The translations under genes and the position numbers were made by a program. A stretch of 28,416 bases of DNA from Acutalibacteraceae bacterium (GTDB taxonomy: Bacteria > Bacillota > Clostridia > Oscillospirales > Acutalibacteraceae): assembly GCA_045643685.1 (NCBI GenBank), contig JAZRFO010000088.1, forward strand, positions 1 to 28,416, written 5' to 3'. The notes beneath the pieces were generated by a model, which ran no database searches, was not told where the DNA came from, and saw only the letters and a list, made by a program, of their open reading frames with translations. Below, one piece after another: positions 1 through 6,668 of this stretch. Position 1 is the first letter of the stretch; the number at the start of each line of letters is the position of its first letter.

Positions 1-273
1 CACAAAACGCAGTGAATCCTTGACGGATTCACGAGTATTTTAACAATAGATTGGCGAAAATCCGCATTCGAAAAACTGTTTCGGATTATTTTCAAGTCGG
101 ATCGTAGCCATGTCGTTCTGTGAGCCAAGGAGTTGCAGACCAACTTTGTTCCTAAGACCGCTTGGCCTCCGACTTCACAAAACGCAGTGAATCCTTGACG
201 GATTCACGAGTATTTTAACAATAGATTGGCGAAAATATGCATTCAAAAAACTGTTTCGGATTATTTTCGCCAA
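1..273. repeat. Structured A-B-A direct repeat, period 175 bp (A = 1-93 and 176-268; B = 94-175), possibly truncated by the window edge
   Basis: The two A copies match at 90/93 positions (mismatches at 62, 63, 70). Each contains the perfect hairpin GTGAATCC-ttgac-GGATTCAC (12-32, 187-207). B is bounded by the 8-bp inverted repeat AAGTCGGA/TCCGACTT. Confidence 0.9.
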
Positions 274-283
274 CTTATTGAAC

Positions 284-323
284 AAAAAATAAAAAGGACA
301 CCCCGTAGGATATCCTTTTTATT
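284..323 (-). terminator. Rho-independent terminator after the duplicated tRNA 3' fragment
   Basis: Minus strand AAATAAAAAGGATATCC-TACG-GGGTGTCCTTTTTATTT-TTT: long stem with two G-U pairs, UNCG-type loop, U tract. Confidence 0.85.
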
Positions 324-346
324 TGGCGCAGAAGGAGAGACTCGAA
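324..346 (-). other. Exact 23-bp duplicate of the tRNA-Ser(GCT) 3' end (T-loop to CCA); att-like core
   Basis: TGGCGCAGAAGGAGAGACTCGAA occurs at both 324-346 and 551-573. Identity stops at the T-loop. Confidence 0.9.
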
Positions 347-515
347 GTTGCTTGCAACCCCTCTTGCGGTGCCCAAAATCGTTGGTCGCTCCTGTTCGTC
401 GCTAACGATTTTGACCGCTGCGCCAACTCGCACTCCCTGCATCCGCCACCGGCGGCGGTCGTGCTCCTTGCCCGCGCCTTCGTTGCTCGGGGTCGAGATC
501 TTTTTATACAACAAG

Positions 516-549
516 AAAAAAAACCACACCCAAAGGAGTGGTTATTTTT
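516..549 (-). terminator. Rho-independent terminator immediately after tRNA-Ser(GCT)
   Basis: Minus strand AACCACTCC-TTTG-GGTGTGGTT followed by a T run. Confidence 0.8.
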
Positions 550-550
550 C

Positions 551-641
551 TGGCGCAGAAGGAGAGACTCGAACTCTCGCGCCGGTTTCCCGACCTACGC
601 CCTTAGCAGGGGCGCCTCGTCACCAACTTGAGTACTTCTGC
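551..641 (-). tRNA. tRNA-Ser(GCT)
   Basis: Acceptor stem GCAGAAG/CTTCTGC + G + CCA; anticodon arm CGCCC-CT-GCT-AA-GGGCG; long variable arm; T arm GAGAG-TTCGAGT-CTCTC; 91 nt. Confidence 0.97.
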
Positions 642-683
642 ATTGGTAACTGAATACGGATATTCAATTGTCCTCAAAAGAGG

Positions 684-772
684 TGGCGCAGAGAGTGGGA
701 TTCGAACCCACGGTACGTTGCCGTACGACGGTTTTCAAGACCGTTCCGTTATAACCACTTCGGTATCTCTGC
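684..772 (-). tRNA. tRNA-Ser(TGA)
   Basis: Acceptor stem GCAGAGA/TCTCTGC + G + CCA; anticodon arm ACGGT-CT-TGA-AA-ACCGT; long variable arm; T arm GTGGG-TTCGAAT-CCCAC; 89 nt. Confidence 0.97.
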
Positions 773-785
773 ATATTGCCTAAGT

Positions 786-814
786 ATATTATCACAACGA
801 AACCTAAATGTCAA
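786..814 (-). promoter_or_regulatory. Sigma-A promoter of the tRNA-Ser pair
   Basis: TTGACA (814-809), 17 bp, TAATAT (791-786) preceded by TGa; 13 bp upstream of the first tRNA. Confidence 0.8.
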
Positions 815-849
815 CCGGTTTTTTGTATTTTTTTATATTTTATACATTA

Positions 850-904
850 TAATTGCCGACCGCAGGTCCCTGAACTCCTCACTTCTGACTCCTCGTTCCT
901 AACT
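850..904. repeat. Heptamer-tract / mini-hairpin intergenic repeat, copy 1
   Basis: 850-881 matches 7460-7491 at 29/32 positions, followed by a 7-bp-period tract (minus strand AGTTAGG AACGAGG AGTCAGA AGTGAGG AGTTCAG). Confidence 0.75.
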
Positions 905-974
905 ATATTTACTTTTATGTTAAATGTTCCAAAAATGGTAATAATATATTATTCACTTTTCCCTTTACTTACTG

Positions 975-1003
975 TTGATTTTGGTGCATTTTTAGTGTAA
1001 AAT
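975..1003 (+). promoter_or_regulatory. Possible sigma-A promoter of glgP
   Basis: TTGATT, 17 bp, TAAAAT; a second TATAAT at 1005-1010. Confidence 0.5.
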
Positions 1004-1058
1004 GTATAATTGAATAGTGTAAATACTATATTTTTATAAAAGTTTTTGGAGGTTTTGT

Positions 1059-3467
1059 ATGAATTATAAGCTTACAAAGAACCAAGCGAAAGAAATGCTT
1101 GAAAATAAACTCCTTCATTATTTCGGCATTTCAACCGAGAATGCTACTTACGAACAGTACTATAAAGCCATTGTTATGATTTTACGTGATATGATGGCAC
1201 AGGGCAGAGCCGAGTTCTCCAGAAAGGTTGACGACGAGGGCAAAAAACGCATCTGCTACCTTTCAATGGAGTTCCTTATGGGGCGTTCCCTTAAGAATAC
1301 TCTTTACAATCTTAATCTTACGGATGTATTTAAAAATGTTCTTAAGGATTACGATATAAAATTAGACACACTTTATGATTGCGAACCTGATGCGGGTCTT
1401 GGTAATGGTGGTCTCGGCAGACTTGCGGCTTGTTATCTTGACGGTCTTGCAACACAAGGCTATCCTGCAAGAGGATATTCGATTCTCTATGAATATGGTA
1501 TTTTCCGTCAGAAGCTTGTGGAGGGTAGACAGACCGAGCTTCCCGACAACTGGCTTCCCGGTGGTGAAGTATGGCTTGCTCCTCGCGAAAGCAGTGCGGT
1601 AAACGTTTGCTTTGAGGGTAGAGTTAAAGAAATCTGGGATAATCAGTATCACCATGTGGAGATTGAGGACGGCAACGTTATTCAGGCTGTGCCTTATGAT
1701 ATGTTCGTTGCAGGTAAGGACGGCAAGGCTATAAGTGTTCTGCGTCTTTGGAGTGCACGAGCACCCGAGTTCGATATGAAGTCCTTTAATCAGGGTGACT
1801 TTATGCGTTCTATGGAGCGTCAGGCGATGGCAGAGGTTATCAGTAAGGTTCTTTATCCTATGGATAATCATCCCGAGGGTAAATCCTTAAGACTTCGTCA
1901 GCAGTATTTCCTCGTATCTGCTTCGATACAGGATATTGTCCGTCATCATCTGCGTGAATACGGCACAGTTGACAATCTTCCCGAAAAACTTGCTATTCAC
2001 ATTAACGATACCCATCCCACAATGGCAATTCCCGAACTTATGCGTATTCTTCTTGATGAATGCGGTTACGGTTGGGATGATGCTTGGAGACTTGTTACAA
2101 ACACAGTCGCTTACACAAACCACACAGTTATGAGCGAGGCTCTTGAATGTTGGAGCGAGGAACTTGTAAGAAGACTCATTCCTCGTATATACGATATTAT
2201 TAAAGAAATTGATAATCGCTTCCGTGCATACGTGTGGGAAAGCACACACGATGCGGACTACGTTGAGCGTACCGCTATTATTTCGGGTGGTGCGGTTCGT
2301 ATGGCTAACCTCTGTGTTGCGGCTTGTCACTGTGTAAACGGTGTTTCCGCGCTTCACAGCCAGATTCTTAAGGATTCACTTTTCAACGACTTCTATAAGC
2401 TTACACCCGATAAGTTTACAAACGTTACAAACGGTATTGCTCACAGACGTTGGCTCTGTCAGGCAAACCCCTATCTTACAGAGTATATTAAAGAACTCCT
2501 CGGTGACGATAAGTTTGTTTATGATGCAGAGCATCTTTCAAAACTTGCTGATTTTAAGGATAATGACGAAGTTCTTGAAAAAATTGCAGAAATCAAACAT
2601 GCAAACAAGGTTGAGTTTGCAAAACATATTCATAAAACAACGGGCGTTAAGCTTGATACAAACTCAATTTTTGACGTTCAGGTTAAACGTCTTCACGAGT
2701 ACAAGCGTCAGCACCTTAACGCATTCAACATTGTTTCCGAATATCTTGCTATCAAGGAAAATCCCGATGGTGATTTTGTTCCTAAAACATATATTTTCGG
2801 TGCCAAGGCGGCTCCGGGTTATTATGTTGCTCAGCGTATTATCAGTATGATTCTTGCTCTTGGTGAAATGATTGACAAGGACCCCGACGTGAAAGGCAGA
2901 CTCAAGGTTGTTTACGTTGAGGATTACAACGTTACCAATGCAGAAAGACTTATGCCTGCGGCAGATGTTTCTGAGCAGATTTCACTTGCAGGTAAAGAGG
3001 CAAGCGGTACGGGTAATATGAAGCTTATGATGAATGGTGCGCTTACTATTGGTACACTTGACGGTGCAAACGTTGAAATTCACGAGGCAGTAGGGGACGA
3101 CAATATGTTCCTTTTCGGTATGCACGCTGACGAAGTGGCAGACCTCAGAAAGAATGGCTACAATCCCCTTAATTATTACAACAATAATCCCGAGATTCGC
3201 AAGGTTCTTGATTTTATTTCACGTGGCGGAATCGACGGTAAGGATTTCTCGGATATTTCAAGTGCAATCATTCACCATGACCCCTTTATGGTTCTTGCTG
3301 ATTTTGCAGATTACCAACGAGCACAAAAGAGAGTCCGCGAAACCTTCAAGGATAAAAAGAAGTGGAATCAGATGTCCCTTATGAATATTGCAGGTTCGGG
3401 CAGATTTGCCGCAGACCGTGCAATAAACGAATATGCAAAGGATATATGGAATGCACAAAAGATGTAA
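1059..3467 (+). CDS. glgP: Glycogen/starch/maltodextrin phosphorylase (802 aa)
   Basis: GLGNGGLGRLAAC motif, PLP attachment motif EASGTGNMKLMMNG, INDTHP, QVKRLHEYKRQ; GGAGG RBS. Confidence 0.97.
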   Translation: MNYKLTKNQAKEMLENKLLHYFGISTENATYEQYYKAIVMILRDMMAQGRAEFSRKVDDEGKKRICYLSMEFLMGRSLKNTLYNLNLTDVFKNVLKDYDIKLDTLYDCEPDAGLGNGGLGRLAACYLDGLATQGYPARGYSILYEYGIFRQKLVEGRQTELPDNWLPGGEVWLAPRESSAVNVCFEGRVKEIWDNQYHHVEIEDGNVIQAVPYDMFVAGKDGKAISVLRLWSARAPEFDMKSFNQGDFMRSMERQAMAEVISKVLYPMDNHPEGKSLRLRQQYFLVSASIQDIVRHHLREYGTVDNLPEKLAIHINDTHPTMAIPELMRILLDECGYGWDDAWRLVTNTVAYTNHTVMSEALECWSEELVRRLIPRIYDIIKEIDNRFRAYVWESTHDADYVERTAIISGGAVRMANLCVAACHCVNGVSALHSQILKDSLFNDFYKLTPDKFTNVTNGIAHRRWLCQANPYLTEYIKELLGDDKFVYDAEHLSKLADFKDNDEVLEKIAEIKHANKVEFAKHIHKTTGVKLDTNSIFDVQVKRLHEYKRQHLNAFNIVSEYLAIKENPDGDFVPKTYIFGAKAAPGYYVAQRIISMILALGEMIDKDPDVKGRLKVVYVEDYNVTNAERLMPAADVSEQISLAGKEASGTGNMKLMMNGALTIGTLDGANVEIHEAVGDDNMFLFGMHADEVADLRKNGYNPLNYYNNNPEIRKVLDFISRGGIDGKDFSDISSAIIHHDPFMVLADFADYQRAQKRVRETFKDKKKWNQMSLMNIAGSGRFAADRAINEYAKDIWNAQKM

Positions 3468-3526
3468 TATTTTTTCGGCTTTTTGACGAATTTAAAACAT
3501 TGTGTAATATTTGAATAAAAAGATAC

Positions 3527-3555
3527 TTGACTTTTTGGGTAATTTGAGTTAATCT
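3527..3555 (+). promoter_or_regulatory. Putative promoter of paralog 1
   Basis: TTGACT, 17 bp, TAATCT; same layout as 4658-4686. Confidence 0.6.
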
Positions 3556-3621
3556 TAGGTTATTGAAAAAGAATGTTATGTTGCCCTAATGGGGCGCATA
3601 GTGAAAGGGGTATTATACCAA

Positions 3622-4578
3622 ATGAAAAACGCTGATATGAAGGTTATTGCTATCATCCTCAGTATAGCACTTCTCTTCACACTCTTCACAACAAACGCAG
3701 TTTCTGTTGCTTCAGTTGTTATGCTCTTCGTAGGTGGCGGTACACCCGTTGCAGGTGATGCAGGTAACACAGGCGACACAAATACCAACACCAACACTAA
3801 CAATGGTGGCGGCTACGTGTCAACTCCTGGTGCAAGCACAACTCCCGGCACAAGCACTAACACAAACACCAACACAAACACAAACACCAACACTAACACA
3901 AACACAAACACCAACACAGGCGACGCTGGTAACGCAGGCGATGCTGGTAACGCAGGTGCAGATGCAAACGATCCCGTTATTGCAGATCCTTTTGCATTCT
4001 ACTCAAAAGCAGCTAACGATATCCATACAAAGGGTATTGCCGGTTACACTAAGATTAGCTGGCAGACACCTCTTAAGATAGAGGGTCTTGGTCTTCTTGA
4101 TAGTGTTATCGTTCCTATCTTAGAGAGCTTTATGACAACAGAAGACGAAGCAACACCTTCAACCAACGAAAAGGGTTCTGAAGATGCTATGCACAGAATG
4201 CCTGCAAGTAACGCTTCTGCTCAGTGGATTAAATCCGCAACAGCTCAGAAGAACGGCGAAAACTATGTTGTTACTATCGTTTTAGCAGATGCTACTAACC
4301 CCTCTTATGCAGATACTGATGGTTATCCTCTTATGACAAGAGAATTCCTTGACTATAAGGATGTTGAGAAGGAAGCTAAAAACATCAGCATCGTTAAGAG
4401 TCTTGAGGGTGAAATTGTATATAAAGATTATACAATTACAGCTGAAATGACTGCAGACGGCAAGTTCATAAGCATTACTCACCTTGGTGTTGGCTATATG
4501 AAAGCTAACCTTAATGGTTCAATTAATGCTAACGGTGAACTTCAGTTTAATGCAAAGTATACCGATTTCGTATACTAA
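3622..4578 (+). CDS. Hypothetical membrane-anchored/secreted protein with (TN)n linker (about 318 aa); paralog 1
   Basis: ORF 3589-4578, with the start reassigned to ATG 3622 downstream of AAAGGGG. N-terminal hydrophobic segment, low-complexity linker, C-terminal domain ending YTDFVY; followed by a terminator. Confidence 0.85.
   Translation: MKNADMKVIAIILSIALLFTLFTTNAVSVASVVMLFVGGGTPVAGDAGNTGDTNTNTNTNNGGGYVSTPGASTTPGTSTNTNTNTNTNTNTNTNTNTNTGDAGNAGDAGNAGADANDPVIADPFAFYSKAANDIHTKGIAGYTKISWQTPLKIEGLGLLDSVIVPILESFMTTEDEATPSTNEKGSEDAMHRMPASNASAQWIKSATAQKNGENYVVTIVLADATNPSYADTDGYPLMTREFLDYKDVEKEAKNISIVKSLEGEIVYKDYTITAEMTADGKFISITHLGVGYMKANLNGSINANGELQFNAKYTDFVY
3856..3918 (+). repeat. In-frame (ACN-AAC)10 hexamer repeat encoding (TN)10T
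   Basis: Read directly from the sequence; Thr codons alternate ACT/ACA/ACC. Confidence 0.95.
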
Positions 4579-4591
4579 GATTTAATTAAAT

Positions 4592-4623
4592 AACCGACTC
4601 GCTCAGGCGGGTCGGTTTTTTTA
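4592..4623 (+). terminator. Rho-independent terminator
   Basis: AACCGACTCGC-TCAG-GCGGGTCGGTT followed by a T run. Confidence 0.9.
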
Positions 4624-4657
4624 TGGTTTGTTTTTTGTTATATAAATGTTAATGATA

Positions 4658-4686
4658 TTGACTTTTTTTCAGTTTTAGGATAATCT
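4658..4686 (+). promoter_or_regulatory. Putative promoter of paralog 2
   Basis: TTGACT, 17 bp, TAATCT. Confidence 0.6.
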
Positions 4687-4716
4687 TAGTATAGTATTAT
4701 TTTAAGGTAGGTTCTT

Positions 4717-5823
4717 ATGAAAAAAGGCAAAAGAAAAGTTGGTTTTATAATCGGATGTGTGGGGCTTAGTATATTACTCGCCATAAGCAGTTATATAAGT
4801 CTTGTTATAGTGGGTGTTATAGCCGATGAAAATAAAAACGGCACATTGATTAAAACAGAAGAAGATGCGGTTATCTACGACGACGGCAATAATCAGAATA
4901 TAGTTATTCAGGATTCAAATGGCAATATGGTGGTTGTTCCTGATAATGGTAACGGCGATTATGTGAATAACGGTTATGTTAACAATGGTAACGTAAACAA
5001 CAATACCCAGAACAACAACGGTACCCCCGTAGTTAATAACAATACAAATCAGCAACAGAGTAACACAAATCAGAATGTTACACAGACTGTAAATGATTTA
5101 CTTAACACCAACAAAACCAAAGCGGATATTGTAAATATATATGCTATGGTTATGAATAAGGCAAAAGCGGACAAGCCCGGTTTCACTAAAATTGAATATC
5201 AGGAGCTTCCCGGTGGTGAGGAGTACAGAGTCATTGGCGAAGGTTCAGAAAAGGTAACTCAAGAAGATATGGATAAGCTTCTGAGCTTTGTTGAGGGTCT
5301 TGATGTTTTCGTTCCTGAGGATGAAGCACGTGCTAATCCCTACGTTCACGAAAAAGGCGATGCGGATATGACCTTGTTCCCTGTATTTTTCCGTGAAAAA
5401 GGTTCATATCTTACAGACCCCAATGGTATAGAAAGCTATACATACAAGGTTCTTCCTAATGGTAATGTTAAAATGACCTTTGTTCTCGTTAGCGAGGATA
5501 ATCCCGAACCCATTGCCGAAAACTCTAATGTTTCCCCGAGTTATACAGGCGCAGTATTTGCGCCTATGTCAAAGCAACAAATTGATGGCACGGTTTACCA
5601 TCCCATCGTAACAATTTTTGCGAAGGATATTGAGTACTCACTCAGATACCACGATTGCTCAGTTGAACTTGAGTTTAACCCCAACACATTACAGGTAGTT
5701 AGCCTTAATCAGTTTGCAAACGTTAGCATCAAGGGCTCTGGCAACGTTGTGGGCATCGGCTTGGTTGGTGTTGAAAGACAGGAGCTTTTAAGCACCGTTA
5801 TCATAAAAGACTTCAAATATTAA
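4717..5823 (+). CDS. Hypothetical membrane-anchored protein with Asn-rich linker (368 aa); paralog 2
   Basis: Basic N-terminus plus TM helix, N/Q-rich linker, C-terminal domain that aligns by eye with that of 3622-4578 and ends IIKDFKY; AAGGTAGG RBS. Confidence 0.88.
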   Translation: MKKGKRKVGFIIGCVGLSILLAISSYISLVIVGVIADENKNGTLIKTEEDAVIYDDGNNQNIVIQDSNGNMVVVPDNGNGDYVNNGYVNNGNVNNNTQNNNGTPVVNNNTNQQQSNTNQNVTQTVNDLLNTNKTKADIVNIYAMVMNKAKADKPGFTKIEYQELPGGEEYRVIGEGSEKVTQEDMDKLLSFVEGLDVFVPEDEARANPYVHEKGDADMTLFPVFFREKGSYLTDPNGIESYTYKVLPNGNVKMTFVLVSEDNPEPIAENSNVSPSYTGAVFAPMSKQQIDGTVYHPIVTIFAKDIEYSLRYHDCSVELEFNPNTLQVVSLNQFANVSIKGSGNVVGIGLVGVERQELLSTVIIKDFKY

Positions 5824-5826
5824 ACT

Positions 5827-5858
5827 AAAACTCTCGGTTTAAATAGCCGAGAGTTTTT
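5827..5858 (+). terminator. Rho-independent terminator
   Basis: AAAACTCTCGG ... CCGAGAGTTTT followed by T. Confidence 0.85.
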
Positions 5859-5863
5859 ATATA

Positions 5864-5892
5864 TTGTCATTTAGAAATATTTATGGTACAAT
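5864..5892 (+). promoter_or_regulatory. Sigma-A promoter of the YhhN-like/ttcA pair
   Basis: TTGTCA, 17 bp, extended -10 TGgTACAAT. Confidence 0.65.
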
Positions 5893-5919
5893 ATTTATAG
5901 GATTATTTGAGGTGTTTTT

Positions 5920-6651
5920 ATGTTGCTTAAAATTCTATTTTGTTTATGCATAGTTTTGCAGATTATATTTGTACCATTGTTTTTAAAAGCACAATGGCCC
6001 GGTATATGCCGTAAATCATTATTTTTCAAAATGATTTGCGCCACCTCTTTTTTGAGCATGGGTGTGCTTAGTATGAATATGGCGAATAATAAGTCCACTT
6101 ATGCTATTATGATGCTTGTAGGTCTTGTTTTTGGTTGGTTTGGTGATTTATTTTTACATCTTAATAATTCACAGAAAGCTTTTGCAACAGGTTTCTGCAG
6201 TTTCCTGATAGGTCATATAGTCTATATTATTGCCTATGTAAAAACACTACCCGTTGTGAATGCGGATTATAACCAGTTTAATTTTATTGAAATTGCCGTA
6301 GTAGTTTTGATTTATGCTATAGGTCTTATCCTTGTAAAGGTGTTAAAAGTTAATTTTTCAATGGGTTTACTTAAATTTGGTTGCATTATCTATGGCGGAC
6401 TCCTTGCGGCTATGTTTGTTAAAGCTTCCTCTTTGGGACTTAATTTCTGGCTTAATGGCGGTAAATATGGTGTTGTAGCCTTTTTAGTGTTATCAATTGG
6501 TTCCCTTTGCTTTATGCTTTCGGATGCTACTCTGGGTATTATTATGTTCGGCGGACAGAAAAGAAACAAACCCCTTAAGGTGTTTAACATAGCTACATAT
6601 TTTATTGCTCAGTCCCTGCTTGCTTCCTCAATACTTTTTATTAATGCATAA
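5920..6651 (+). CDS. YhhN/TMEM86 (lysoplasmalogenase-like) integral membrane protein
   Basis: Multi-TM protein with family-type motifs FGWFGDLFL, FLIGHIVY, CFMLSDATL, TYFIAQ. Confidence 0.8.
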   Translation: MLLKILFCLCIVLQIIFVPLFLKAQWPGICRKSLFFKMICATSFLSMGVLSMNMANNKSTYAIMMLVGLVFGWFGDLFLHLNNSQKAFATGFCSFLIGHIVYIIAYVKTLPVVNADYNQFNFIEIAVVVLIYAIGLILVKVLKVNFSMGLLKFGCIIYGGLLAAMFVKASSLGLNFWLNGGKYGVVAFLVLSIGSLCFMLSDATLGIIMFGGQKRNKPLKVFNIATYFIAQSLLASSILFINA

Positions 6652-6668
6652 TATATGGTAGGTATTTT

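Larger units (their letters stand above)
324..550 (-). mobile_element. Candidate 227-bp non-autonomous tRNA-integrated mini-element or island remnant
   Basis: Flanked by 23-bp tRNA 3' direct repeats, carries its own terminator next to the intact tRNA, has several internal hairpins and encodes no recombinase. Confidence 0.45.

Noticed and set aside
1-268. CRISPR array interpretation of the left-edge repeats
   Set aside because: The repeat is 93 bp, there are only two visible copies, the intervening 82 bp is itself an inverted-repeat structure, and no cas genes are present.
324-515. tmRNA, T-box or a third intact tRNA
   Set aside because: No 5' acceptor strand, D arm or anticodon arm; too short for tmRNA; lacks the T-box AAGGUGGNACC consensus and a downstream gene.
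275-653. ORFs 275-529(-), 323-631(+), 348-653(+)
   Set aside because: They overlap tRNA-Ser, its duplicated end and terminators; no RBS or recognisable motifs.
776-1000. 74-aa ORF on the plus strand
   Set aside because: Spans the divergent promoter region and a repeat element; no RBS; low-complexity AT-rich translation.
1362-2357. Long antisense ORFs (169 and 156 aa) within glgP, and similar shadow ORFs in htrA, the permease, ychF and gpr
   Set aside because: These are stop-poor antisense or alternate frames expected from codon bias of real genes; no RBS or motifs.
3856-3918. TN repeat as an ice-binding TxT motif or a phase-variation switch
   Set aside because: It is a short linker in a membrane-anchored protein with no beta-solenoid periodicity; the unit is 6 bp, so slippage would not shift the frame.
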